From: Methanobrevibacter sp. | Lineage (GTDB): Archaea > Methanobacteriota > Methanobacteria > Methanobacteriales > Methanobacteriaceae | Direction: 5' to 3' | DNA length: 64,000 nt | Assembly: GCF_045611865.1 (NCBI RefSeq) | Contig: NZ_JAZKXX010000035.1 | Location: forward strand, 26,939-90,938 | Shown here: one piece after another, positions 10,690-19,889 of the stretch | Layout: each line of letters starts with the position of its first letter | How positions within the stretch are numbered: the stretch's first letter is position 1 | Position numbers and translations under genes: made by a program | Notes under the pieces: model-generated | What the model was told of the DNA's origin: nothing | The model's input: the letters and a program-made list of their open reading frames with translations, nothing else | Database searches by the model: none

Positions 10690-11304
10690 TTAGAGATTGT
10701 TTATTTCATCAAAAAGCAAAATATCATCACATATAACTTCAAGCAATTCCGGGTCGTGACTAACCGCCAATATTCCAATATTATTGGCTTTAGCATAATT
10801 TATCAGTTTTTCCCATATTTGTACTTGAGTTACAGCATCAAGCATTGTACTAATCTCATCAGCAATGATAAATTTTGTTTTTGGATTGAGAGCTCTCAAT
10901 ATACTGAAACGTTGCAGTTCCCCACCGGAAAGTTCACTAGGCCAACGAGTCAACCATTGATCCTTAAGACCAAATGTATCCTTTAAATCTTGTGGAGGAG
11001 TCCATGATTCGTTCAATACTTTATCCATCTTCCATTTAGGATTCATGGTTTTTTCCGGATGTTGAAAAATCAATTGTACCGGGTAGAAATCCTTATCTGG
11101 AATTTTATTACCATCAATAGTCACTTCTCCAGAATAATGAGTAAGATAACCAGAAAGTATTTTGCATAATGTAGATTTACCACTACCACTATCACCCATT
11201 AAACCAATAATTTGATTACTATTGAGAGACAATGAAACATCTTTCAATATCTGTCTTTTCTTATTATATGAAAAAGTAATATTCTTTGCTTCAAGATTCA
11301 TCAT
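10690..11304 (-). CDS. ABC transporter ATP-binding protein (peptide/nickel type, NikE/DppF-like, short form)
   Basis: Walker A GDSGSGKST, signature LSGGELQR, Walker B IIADE. Overlaps the upstream ATPase gene by 14 nt. Confidence 0.85.
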   Translation of the reverse strand: MMNLEAKNITFSYNKKRQILKDVSLSLNSNQIIGLMGDSGSGKSTLCKILSGYLTHYSGEVTIDGNKIPDKDFYPVQLIFQHPEKTMNPKWKMDKVLNESWTPPQDLKDTFGLKDQWLTRWPSELSGGELQRFSILRALNPKTKFIIADEISTMLDAVTQVQIWEKLINYAKANNIGILAVSHDPELLEVICDDILLFDEINNL

Positions 11305-12238
11305 TAGCCCCCTCGAAATTAAAGCATCTAATCATTACACCCTCATGTTCAATTAGTTCGGGCTTATTATCCTTACACTTGTCTAAGCGAATCGAACAAT
11401 TTTCCCAGTAAGGACATCCCGGAAGGTCCTCCAATGGCTGAACACCTTCTGTCAACTTGAAACCGTTTCTTGGAAGAGAATTGATTAAAGCTTTAGTGTA
11501 TGGATGCAATACATTATCCACGTTTTTGAAGTTTTCAACTTTGTTGATTTCTATAACATAACCGGAATAGAAAATTGCAATCCTATCTGCAGTCTTTAAA
11601 GCAACATCAATTTCGTGAGTAATCAGTAACACGCCTTTACCATGCTCTTTTAGATTCTTAATATCCTCAATTGTTTCTTTGACACTTTTCGCATCAAGAC
11701 CTGGTGTTGGTTCATCAGCAATTAACAAATCCGGGTCGCCAATCAAAGCTGTAGAAAGCAATACCTTTCTTGCCATACCTCCGGACAATTCAAAAGGATA
11801 TAAATCATCTACGTTTTCATCCAATCCGTATCTGGCAAAGATTTCTCTTTGCTTTATCTTTTTCTCGGCATGTTCCTTTTCATCCTTACATTCACCGATT
11901 GCCTGTTCAGACACTTTCATAAGAGGATCCAAGAAATTAACTGATTGAGGTATCAGACAGATTTCTTTTCCCCTTATTTTTTCTTTCATCTCCTGGTCTA
12001 AAAGATTGCATTTATATTTGATTTCCCCAGTTACATTGGAGTTATAAGGTAGAATCCCTAAGATTGAGTGAGCTAAAAGACTTTTACCTGAACCGCTGGA
12101 ACCCAATACGGCAACGATTTCTGCTTCATCCACGTCTATTGTCAAATCTGATATTACCTTTGAATCGTGCCTATTCAATCCCTGAACGTATTGTGTAAAA
12201 GATATTGATAAATTATTTACTTCTAACAATTTTCCCAT
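11291..12238 (-). CDS. ABC transporter ATP-binding protein (peptide/nickel type, DppD/NikD-like) with Cys-rich C-terminal domain
   Basis: GSSGSGKS, LSGGMARK, LIADEPT. C-terminal PGCPYWENCSIRLDKC. The track start (TTG 12277) would overlap the permease gene; ATG is at 12238. Confidence 0.85.
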   Translation of the reverse strand: MGKLLEVNNLSISFTQYVQGLNRHDSKVISDLTIDVDEAEIVAVLGSSGSGKSLLAHSILGILPYNSNVTGEIKYKCNLLDQEMKEKIRGKEICLIPQSVNFLDPLMKVSEQAIGECKDEKEHAEKKIKQREIFARYGLDENVDDLYPFELSGGMARKVLLSTALIGDPDLLIADEPTPGLDAKSVKETIEDIKNLKEHGKGVLLITHEIDVALKTADRIAIFYSGYVIEINKVENFKNVDNVLHPYTKALINSLPRNGFKLTEGVQPLEDLPGCPYWENCSIRLDKCKDNKPELIEHEGVMIRCFNFEGANDES

Positions 12239-12251
12239 AATATCACCCAAT

Positions 12252-13106
12252 CTAGTTATTTGCCTGTGAAGGATCAAATAATCGTTTTAAGTTATCGCCT
12301 ATAATATCAAACAACAATACCACTATCAACAGCGCAAGACCTGGGAAGAATGCCAGCCACCAAGCACCCATTGCAAGATATGTCATTGATTCCGCCAATA
12401 TAATACCTATTGCAGGTTCATGCGGTGATAAACCGAATCCCAAGAATGTTACGCTTGATTCGTGCATGATTGCATGCGGGAATACCAATAAGGTTCCTAC
12501 GAATATTTGAGACAATACTAAAGGCAGGATATGTTCTTTTGCAATCCATAGTTTGCTTTTACCAAATCTTCTGGATAATGCAACATATTCTGATGTGTTG
12601 ATTTGCAGCACCTCAGCCCTAAGTACCCTAGTTAGGTTAACCCAATGCGAGAACGCTACCGCCATCATTACACCGAAAGCCCCTTTACCTAAAGCAATGG
12701 ATATCATCATAATCAATAGGATATGAGGTATTGATGCGAATAAATCGATTAACCATGATACGAATTCATCACAGAACTTGTTTGTGCTTGCAAGAAACGC
12801 CAAGAGTGTAGCTATAATACTGGATAATACTGAAGCGACAATTCCAATCATAATACTCAAACTTAGACCCTTGAGTGTTCTGACGAACATGTCTCTGCCC
12901 ATCCAGTCAGTACCGAAAATATGTTCAAATGATGGAGGCTGCATTTTTATAGCAAAATCTGTAGGCAAATTAGCGTTAATCATTGTTCCACTAATAAAAA
13001 TGACCAGTAAAAGCAATCCAGTAAGCCCAATAGTTAAAAGTGTTTTTTGCCTTAAGTTTAGAGAACTAAACAAACCCTTATTATACCATGGAAGCTCACT
13101 CATCAT
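12252..13106 (-). CDS. ABC transporter permease (DppC/NikC-like)
   Basis: Polytopic. N-terminal TDWMGRDMF motif typical of the DppC family. Operon position. Confidence 0.8.
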   Translation of the reverse strand: MMSELPWYNKGLFSSLNLRQKTLLTIGLTGLLLLVIFISGTMINANLPTDFAIKMQPPSFEHIFGTDWMGRDMFVRTLKGLSLSIMIGIVASVLSSIIATLLAFLASTNKFCDEFVSWLIDLFASIPHILLIMMISIALGKGAFGVMMAVAFSHWVNLTRVLRAEVLQINTSEYVALSRRFGKSKLWIAKEHILPLVLSQIFVGTLLVFPHAIMHESSVTFLGFGLSPHEPAIGIILAESMTYLAMGAWWLAFFPGLALLIVVLLFDIIGDNLKRLFDPSQANN

Positions 13107-14091
13107 CCTCACCTCTCAATCTTGGATCAACATATTGATAAATCAAATCAGCAATGAAATTTCCTGCAAATACGAAAATGGTACTGACAATAACGATACC
13201 TAATAATAATGGAACGTCAGACCTTAATCCTGCAGCAACTGTTGCTTGGCCAATACCAGGATATGCGAAAACCTGTTCAACAAGAATTGTTCCACCGAAT
13301 AACTCATTGAATGATAAAAACTGAATTGTGATTGCTGGAAGCAAAATGTTTCTTATTCCGTGATTTTTAATTATTCCCCAGAAACTTTCGCCTCTAGCCT
13401 GTGCAAATAGGAAATAATCACTTTTTTTAACACTAATAAGTTTATCCCTTGTATACATGGTAAGGGAAGCAATACCTACAATACTTAATGTTATCGCTGG
13501 CAATATCAACCTATATAACCATTGCCAAAATGTTACCGAGTCTGATAATTGCCCAATCGGAACTGAAAGCCCAATAGGGAACCAACCTAAATATACTGAA
13601 AAGACCATTAAAAATACTAATCCTATCCAAAAGGTAGGTGTAGATTGTAAAATGTAACAATAAGTTTTGATTGCTCTATCTATCCAAGTTCCTTCTTTTG
13701 CACCTGCAACTACACCTAATCCAAAACCAACAACAGCAGAAATTACCCAAGATACAGCCATAAGAGTAAATGAAGCTGTGAATTTTTGAGCGATTACTTC
13801 AGTTACAGGCACTCTATAAATCAATGAGAAACCCATACTTCCAGATGCCAAAGTATGAAGCCAACCAAATACTCTTTCACCTAAAGATAAATTTGTTCCC
13901 CAGTATTCACCCACAATAGCTAATTGCTCTTGACTGACAATTCTTTGCCCAAGATAAGCTTTAACAGGATCGATTGGAGATAGTTGAATCATTATAAAAC
14001 TGATTGCTGCAATTACAATTAACAAAATTAGTAATCTAATAGCCTTAAATCCTAAGAATTTAGCTAACTTTTTATTGTTAATTTTAATCAA
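13096..14091 (-). CDS. ABC transporter permease (DppB/NikB-like)
   Basis: 331 aa, polytopic. PIDPV...YLG N-terminal motif of the DppB family. Only a TTG start is available. Confidence 0.8.
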   Translation of the reverse strand: MIKINNKKLAKFLGFKAIRLLILLIVIAAISFIMIQLSPIDPVKAYLGQRIVSQEQLAIVGEYWGTNLSLGERVFGWLHTLASGSMGFSLIYRVPVTEVIAQKFTASFTLMAVSWVISAVVGFGLGVVAGAKEGTWIDRAIKTYCYILQSTPTFWIGLVFLMVFSVYLGWFPIGLSVPIGQLSDSVTFWQWLYRLILPAITLSIVGIASLTMYTRDKLISVKKSDYFLFAQARGESFWGIIKNHGIRNILLPAITIQFLSFNELFGGTILVEQVFAYPGIGQATVAAGLRSDVPLLLGIVIVSTIFVFAGNFIADLIYQYVDPRLRGEDDE

Positions 14092-14157
14092 CTCTTATCA
14101 ATTTGTTAAAAAAAAGAATAAAAAATGATTTATAAAAATAAATCATTTTAATTTAAA

Positions 14158-15765
14158 TTATGCTTCTGTTGCATTAATACGTGACCAATCGTAGATGTTA
14201 CCCCAGATATCTCCACCGTGTGGGTAGATGAGGTGAGTACTATTGGAAATATCTAAATCATCACTTACGAAGTAAGTGTAATCAACAGTTCCAATCCATA
14301 AGAATGGATATTCGGAAGTAGCTTGTTGAGCTGCTTGTGACCAGGTAGAGTATGAAGCATTTAAGTCTTGAGCCATTGCTGCATCAATTAATGAGTCTAC
14401 AGCAGTGTTGTTAAGAGCTTCAGGGTTATCATAACCTACACATGCTACTCTTGAATCATATTGGTGTTCAATTTCGTATGGGTCAGCTGAACCGAATCCC
14501 CATACTACTCCTTGAGAGTATTTGTTAGGGTCGATGTCGTCCCAACTTCCACCTACAGGTGTTACATCAATACCGATTTTTTTAGCTTGTTCTGCAACAG
14601 CTACAGCAATTGCTTGTCTTTCTGTTGCTTTTGAGTTATAGTAAACAGAGAATGCTGCAGGTTTTCCATCTTTTTCAACGATACCGTCACCGTCAGTGTC
14701 TTTCCATCCAGCTTCAGCAAGAACCGCTTTTGCTTCATCAATTTGACCATCTTTGAATGTGGATTCAAATGCCCATGGTAATTGGCTAGCAACACCATTG
14801 TAGGATACATTACCATATCCATTGAATGCACCATCTAATAATGCTTGTCTGTCAATACCAATGTTTAATGCTTCTCTGATAGCAGGATCACCAGTTACAT
14901 TGTTACCAATAGCTATACCCTCTTCATTGGTTTTTCCTTCATCCATTTGTGTAGGTAATGAGATTCCCCGTACGTCAATAGAATCGAAGTATTCCATGTG
15001 GTATCCATCAATTTTTTCATTAGCATATGCTAATTGTACTTCAGCAATGTCAACATCACCGTTTTTAACTGCTGCAAATGCTGCATCAGGATCAAGGAAT
15101 AAGTTGGTTATTTTTTCGAAGTATGGTTCTTCACCATAATAATCAGGGTTTTTCTCTAAGATAAATTGTTGACCTTTATCCCATTGAGCTAATTTATAAG
15201 GTCCAGAACCGATTGGGTTTTGACCGTATGAATCTTCATTATAATTAGCTTCTGGAACAATTCCCACATCAGTTAATTTGTTAACAAATGTTGAATCTGC
15301 TTTATCAAGAGTGAATACTACTTTAGTATCACCATCTGCTTTAGCTTCTTTCATTGAGCTTAAATCTGCTCCTTCACCTAATTCTTTTGCTTTATTATAT
15401 GAGAATGCTACATCTTTTGCGGTTAATTTAGAACCATCTGTGAATTTTACATCATCCCGAATTTCTACTGTGTATGTTTTTAAATCATCAGATATTTCAT
15501 AATCTGTAGCCAAGTCATTTACAAAATTATTGTCTTTGTCTCTTTTTAAAAGTGTACTTTGAATAAGTGGTTCTGTTCCAGAATCGTGGTATCCCCAACC
15601 ATGCATTGGGTCGAAACCGAATTCCGGTTCTTCACCGTGAGCAGCAACACATGCAACCAATTCATTAGGAGCATGTTCTGTGCTTCCTCCGCCCAAAGCA
15701 ACTGCAGCTATAGCAACTATTGCGATAACAGCTACTACTGCACCGATAATATACTTTGTTTCCAT
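14158..15765 (-). CDS. ABC transporter substrate-binding protein, family 5 (peptide/nickel), membrane anchored
   Basis: 535 aa. N-terminal hydrophobic anchor, then family-5 SBP-like sequence (GSGPYKLAQWDKGQQFILEKNPDYYG). First gene of a five-gene operon. Confidence 0.8.
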   Translation of the reverse strand: METKYIIGAVVAVIAIVAIAAVALGGGSTEHAPNELVACVAAHGEEPEFGFDPMHGWGYHDSGTEPLIQSTLLKRDKDNNFVNDLATDYEISDDLKTYTVEIRDDVKFTDGSKLTAKDVAFSYNKAKELGEGADLSSMKEAKADGDTKVVFTLDKADSTFVNKLTDVGIVPEANYNEDSYGQNPIGSGPYKLAQWDKGQQFILEKNPDYYGEEPYFEKITNLFLDPDAAFAAVKNGDVDIAEVQLAYANEKIDGYHMEYFDSIDVRGISLPTQMDEGKTNEEGIAIGNNVTGDPAIREALNIGIDRQALLDGAFNGYGNVSYNGVASQLPWAFESTFKDGQIDEAKAVLAEAGWKDTDGDGIVEKDGKPAAFSVYYNSKATERQAIAVAVAEQAKKIGIDVTPVGGSWDDIDPNKYSQGVVWGFGSADPYEIEHQYDSRVACVGYDNPEALNNTAVDSLIDAAMAQDLNASYSTWSQAAQQATSEYPFLWIGTVDYTYFVSDDLDISNSTHLIYPHGGDIWGNIYDWSRINATEA

Positions 15766-15803
15766 TTTATTTTCCTCATTAAAAATTGATATATTAAATC
15801 TAA

Positions 15804-15868
15804 AGTAATATCCACTTTTAGTTATTACTAAATTATAAAAATATAAGAAATAAGTAATACTTATTTCT
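15804..15868. promoter_or_regulatory. Two inverted repeats in the promoter region of the ABC importer operon (operator candidates)
   Basis: AGTAATA-N12-TATTACT at 15804-15829, and the palindrome AGAAATAAGTA-A-TACTTATTTCT (perfect arms around a central base) at 15846-15868. They lie 39-103 bp upstream of the SBP start codon and flank an A/T-rich TATA-like stretch. Confidence 0.4.
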
Positions 15869-15989
15869 ATAAAGATATTACAATCAATATTATAATTTTA
15901 AGAGTATATAAAAATTACGATTATATTTCAAATTAGTATTACTTTTTTAATATATGCCTAAATCAAAAAAATAGAAAAAAATAAAAAGA

Positions 15990-18407
15990 TTAGAATAGTG
16001 GATCTTTCACCATTCCAATTCTAAAGGAGTTTAAGATAACAAACAATGTCAAACCTAAATCTCCAAAACCAACAGACATCATCAATGTAATAATACCCAA
16101 AATAGCAAGAATTACACACAGTAATTTAACTGCAATAGCCAAAGTAATATTCTGCTTAATAATACCCATGGTCTTATGGCTTAAGGAGAACAGATATGGG
16201 AGTTTTGAAATATCGTCCTGCATAAGAGCAACATCCGCTGTTTCAATAGCCACATCAGAACCTGCCGCACCCATTGCAATACCAATATTAGCACGTGCCA
16301 GGGCCGGTGCATCGTTAATGCCGTCACCAACCATAGCCACATCACCAAATTTATTCCTAATTGTATCCAAAATGTTTAATTTGTCTTCAGGAAGCAAATC
16401 TGAGAAAACATGCTGAATACCTATCTCTTCAGCAACATTGCTGGCTGCCATTTTATTGTCACCGGTGAGCATTACAGTCTCAACACCTTTGTCTTTTAAA
16501 TCAGCAATGACTTTAGAGGCATTTGACCTTATTTTATCGGATACTGTAATTAAACCAATGAAATTTTTAGCATTTCCAATGAAAACAACAGTTTTGCCTT
16601 CAGCATAACTTTTTATTTCATCCCTTGAAATATCAAATGAACTTCCTTCAATTAAAGACTCATTAGCCGCATAGAATTGCTCACCGTTAATGTTAGCAAT
16701 GATTCCTTTGCCGGGAACATTTTTAAACTCTTCAATTGTATCGAAAATAATATTGTTTTCATCAGCATAGTTTACAATTGCTTGAGCAATAGGGTGAGAT
16801 GATTGGGATTCCAAAGAAGCTGCAATTTCGATAACTTCTTCAGCTGAATAGCTCTCATCCATAACTTTTACATCACTAAATACCAATTTTCCTTCAGTTA
16901 ATGTACCAGTTTTATCAAAGATTACTGCTTTAACATTGCGCATTTCCTCGACATAAGTACTACCCTTGATGATGACTCCATTACGGGTAGCTGAGGTGAT
17001 TGCAGATACCATTCCAACCGGTGTTGAAATTAAAAATGCGCATGGACAAGAGATTACTAAAAGTGAAAGAGCTTTATAAACCCAGTCAGTTAAGTTTTGA
17101 CCAAATAACAATGGTGGAATAAATGCAACACAAATTGCAGCAACCATCATGATTGGAGTATAATATTTGGCCACTTTTTCAACCAATGTTTCAGTTTCAG
17201 ACCTGTTGAGTTGGGATCTTTTGACTAAGGTTACGATTTTTGAAATGACTGAATCTTTAGCAACTGTGGTTACTTTAATTTCTAGATAACCATCTTCATT
17301 AACAGTTCCTGAAAATACATCATCCCCAACTTCCTTTAAAACTGGAACACTTTCACCAGTAATTGAAGCTTGGTTAATTGATGAAGAACCGTGGATTACT
17401 TCACCATCTAAAGGCACTTTATCTCCAGGTTTAACAATAACAATGTCTCCAATGTCTACTTCATCAACGTTTCTTATCTCTTCTTTGTCTCCTACTTTAA
17501 CTCTTGCAGTGTCTGGAGCAATTTCAACCAATGCTTTAATTGAACGTTTTGCTCTATGTTCGGCATAGTCTTCTAAAAATTCTGCAATATAATATAGGAA
17601 AGTAACGGCAGCACCTTCTTCAGGATGCCCTATAATAAATGATGCAACACATGCAATACACATCAACATTGCAGGACCAATTGTGTGTCTGTTAACTAAT
17701 GATTTATATGCTAAAATAGCTATTTCATAACCTGCAATAGCCGCACCAATCATATATGTAATAGTGACAATTGTCGGGTCAAATGATAACCATTCAAAAA
17801 CATGTCCTAAAACAAATAATATTCCACTTGCAACGATGATTTGGATAGGCCTATTAACTATTAATGGTTTTCCTTCAGCCAATAATTCTCCATTTCCGTG
17901 TGAATGTTCATGGCCATGGTCATGTTCATCTTCATCAGCACAATCTGGACAAGCACATAAACTGAATTCAACATCATCATCGTCATGACAACCGCAATCA
18001 TCATCTGTACAAACATCTTCTTTTGCATGGTCGTGACTATGCTCATGCTCATGATGCTCGTGACCGTGGTCATGATGATGCTCATGGTCGTGACTATGCT
18101 CATGCTCATGATGCTCATGACTGTGATCATGGTCATGATGATGCTCATGCTCATCATCATCTGCACAATCAGGACAACCACAAAGACTTATATCAACATC
18201 TTCATTATGATCAATTTCTTCTCTGTAATCATATACACTTAAATCAGTTTTTTCCTGATAATCTTTCAACAATTGTTTATCATAATGATTAGGATTTTCA
18301 CAGTGAATTTCATCACAATTTGGGTCTAAACAGATGTAATTGAAATGTTCTGGATTGTGACAGTTTTCGTCATCACAATCTGCATCATAACATCTATTTT
18401 CTACCAT
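15990..18407 (-). CDS. Heavy-metal translocating P1B-type ATPase (Zn2+/Cd2+-type signatures) with a non-canonical His/Cys-rich N-terminal region
   Basis: CPC in TM6 (SCPCAFLISTP), DKTGTLT, SSHPIA, GDGINDAP, N-x7-K (NITLAIAVK) and D-x-G (GDLG) in the last helices. No GMxCxxC HMA domain. Has HEHHHDHDHSHEHH-type tracts. Confidence 0.85.
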   Translation of the reverse strand: MVENRCYDADCDDENCHNPEHFNYICLDPNCDEIHCENPNHYDKQLLKDYQEKTDLSVYDYREEIDHNEDVDISLCGCPDCADDDEHEHHHDHDHSHEHHEHEHSHDHEHHHDHGHEHHEHEHSHDHAKEDVCTDDDCGCHDDDDVEFSLCACPDCADEDEHDHGHEHSHGNGELLAEGKPLIVNRPIQIIVASGILFVLGHVFEWLSFDPTIVTITYMIGAAIAGYEIAILAYKSLVNRHTIGPAMLMCIACVASFIIGHPEEGAAVTFLYYIAEFLEDYAEHRAKRSIKALVEIAPDTARVKVGDKEEIRNVDEVDIGDIVIVKPGDKVPLDGEVIHGSSSINQASITGESVPVLKEVGDDVFSGTVNEDGYLEIKVTTVAKDSVISKIVTLVKRSQLNRSETETLVEKVAKYYTPIMMVAAICVAFIPPLLFGQNLTDWVYKALSLLVISCPCAFLISTPVGMVSAITSATRNGVIIKGSTYVEEMRNVKAVIFDKTGTLTEGKLVFSDVKVMDESYSAEEVIEIAASLESQSSHPIAQAIVNYADENNIIFDTIEEFKNVPGKGIIANINGEQFYAANESLIEGSSFDISRDEIKSYAEGKTVVFIGNAKNFIGLITVSDKIRSNASKVIADLKDKGVETVMLTGDNKMAASNVAEEIGIQHVFSDLLPEDKLNILDTIRNKFGDVAMVGDGINDAPALARANIGIAMGAAGSDVAIETADVALMQDDISKLPYLFSLSHKTMGIIKQNITLAIAVKLLCVILAILGIITLMMSVGFGDLGLTLFVILNSFRIGMVKDPLF
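18025..18144. repeat. Tandem duplication (57 bp + 63 bp units) inside the ATPase gene, encoding the His/Asp/Glu tract
   Basis: Unit CATGGTCGTGACTATGCTCATGCTCATGATGCTC... occurs twice back to back. The second copy carries a 6-nt insertion and a few substitutions. Confidence 0.8.
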
Positions 18408-18425
18408 AGTATCACCAATTAAAAA

Positions 18426-18800
18426 TTATTCTAATATATGTTCTAAACCTACTTTGTAAATCATCTCAATATGAAGGTCAGTAAGTGAATATCTTGCCAT
18501 TTTGCCTTCTTTTTGGTATTTGACAATATTATTTGCACGTAATATCCTTAATTGATTTGAAACAGTTGTTTGATTTAAACCCAATGCTTCTGAGATATCA
18601 CATACACATAAATCATCAACACAAAGTAGTGAAATAATTTTTAATCTTGTTGGATTTCCGAATATTTTAAAAAATTCTGATAAATCTGAGTATTCTTCTT
18701 CTAAAAGCATTCTCTCTTTTACACGAGCAACTGCATCTTCATGAGCATCGAATACTTCACAGAGATCATCATTTTCATTTTCAAGATTATTATTTTTCAT
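18426..18800 (-). CDS. ArsR/SmtB family metalloregulatory repressor
   Basis: 124 aa. Winged HTH with NPTRLKIISLL, an LCVCDISEAL alpha-3 Cys motif, and QTTVSNQLRILR recognition helix. Immediately upstream of the ATPase on the same strand. Confidence 0.85.
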   Translation of the reverse strand: MKNNNLENENDDLCEVFDAHEDAVARVKERMLLEEEYSDLSEFFKIFGNPTRLKIISLLCVDDLCVCDISEALGLNQTTVSNQLRILRANNIVKYQKEGKMARYSLTDLHIEMIYKVGLEHILE

Positions 18801-18804
18801 ATTA

Positions 18805-18880
18805 TCACATATATTATATGTTTACATATTATGATATGTTTATGTATTTAAATGTTGTCATATCATGATATTGTGATATG
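18805..18880. promoter_or_regulatory. Candidate ArsR operator/promoter region with repeated TGATAT/ATATCA half-sites
   Basis: Perfect 12-bp palindrome ATATCATGATAT at 18860-18871, plus related copies CATATTATCACATAT, CATATTATGATATG and TTGTGATATG within 80 bp upstream of the arsR start. Confidence 0.5.
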
Positions 18881-18903
18881 TTATTTTAAAAAAAATAATG
18901 GTG

Positions 18904-19377
18904 CTATTTTTTAACAACACCAGTTAATGTCCCATCAATGACACAATCAAAATCTATTTTTTCCAACCAGCCTGCTTTAGCAAACATATCCATAAAACAA
19001 ACTCCAATCAATAGGCCATTTTCCTTTAAAATGTCTGCAACTAAAGCCTTCACTTCTTCAGTATCAACATCATACTTAGGCATAGATAGGCCGCCCAATA
19101 ATACGACCACATCAGATTCATTAGGGTTAGAAACTTCGTCTTTTAGGACCATAGCATAAGGTTTAGCATCAAACTGATGGCAATCACCAACATCCAACAA
19201 TGGGATGAAATGAGTTTCCTTATCTCTTACAGCATAGGCCAACAATTCAGCAAACGGAGTGCAAACTCCCGGAGAGCCAATGAAAGTGATTTTTTCTGCA
19301 TCTCCAACTTCATCCTTAAATGTGACGAGTTGTCCAGTAATTCCTTTCCATTCAAAAACATCTTCCATGAAAATCAT
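18904..19377 (-). CDS. Conserved hypothetical protein
   Basis: 157-aa ORF with normal composition and no motif I can assign. Confidence 0.6.
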   Translation of the reverse strand: MIFMEDVFEWKGITGQLVTFKDEVGDAEKITFIGSPGVCTPFAELLAYAVRDKETHFIPLLDVGDCHQFDAKPYAMVLKDEVSNPNESDVVVLLGGLSMPKYDVDTEEVKALVADILKENGLLIGVCFMDMFAKAGWLEKIDFDCVIDGTLTGVVKK

Positions 19378-19419
19378 CCAATTAACTATAATACTAAAAA
19401 AAGAAAAAGGAATTTATAA

Positions 19420-19830
19420 TTAGAAATTATAGGATTCCATTATTTCGCCAGCGATATTTCTGATTTCAGCAGTGGCCTCTCCCAAGTGGAAAATGGCTAA
19501 TTTGAAACCTGTTTCATCATTATAGATACTTTCTAAAAATTCATTACCCTTAACAATACTATCAGCGAAGTCGTAACTTTCTTCAAACACTGCTTTACCA
19601 TAGTATCTTAGAAAATCAGTTTCAACCAATGCGACAATTTCAACGTAAGGATTTTCACAAATTTGCCTATAAACTTCTTTTTGATTTCCTACACCAAAAT
19701 AGATCTTGCCATCTTTTAGCAAATGGAATCCAAGAGGTCTGTTTTTAGGTTTATCTTCATCTACAGTTGCTAAGAAAAATACTTTTGCTTCATTCATAAA
19801 TTCATCAATTCTTTGTGCACCTTCTACCAT
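19420..19830 (-). CDS. Pyridoxamine 5'-phosphate oxidase-like FMN-binding split-barrel protein
   Basis: 136 aa. VFFLATVDEDKPKNRPLGF...DGKIYFGVGNQKEVYRQICENPYVEI pattern typical of the PNPOx-like family. Confidence 0.65.
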   Translation of the reverse strand: MVEGAQRIDEFMNEAKVFFLATVDEDKPKNRPLGFHLLKDGKIYFGVGNQKEVYRQICENPYVEIVALVETDFLRYYGKAVFEESYDFADSIVKGNEFLESIYNDETGFKLAIFHLGEATAEIRNIAGEIMESYNF

Positions 19831-19889
19831 TTTATCACCTTTAAGTAATTATATACTAAATTAAATATTTAAATTTAACTAAAACAGAA

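Noticed and set aside
17764-18292. Five overlapping tracked ORFs (17764-17988+, 17861-18181-, 17985-18242+, 18023-18292+ and similar) with bizarre M/V/T/I-rich or H/D-rich translations.
   Set aside because: They are alternative-frame and antisense readings of the CAT/GAT/GAG-rich repeat that encodes the His tract of the P-type ATPase. The 805-aa ATPase frame explains the region.
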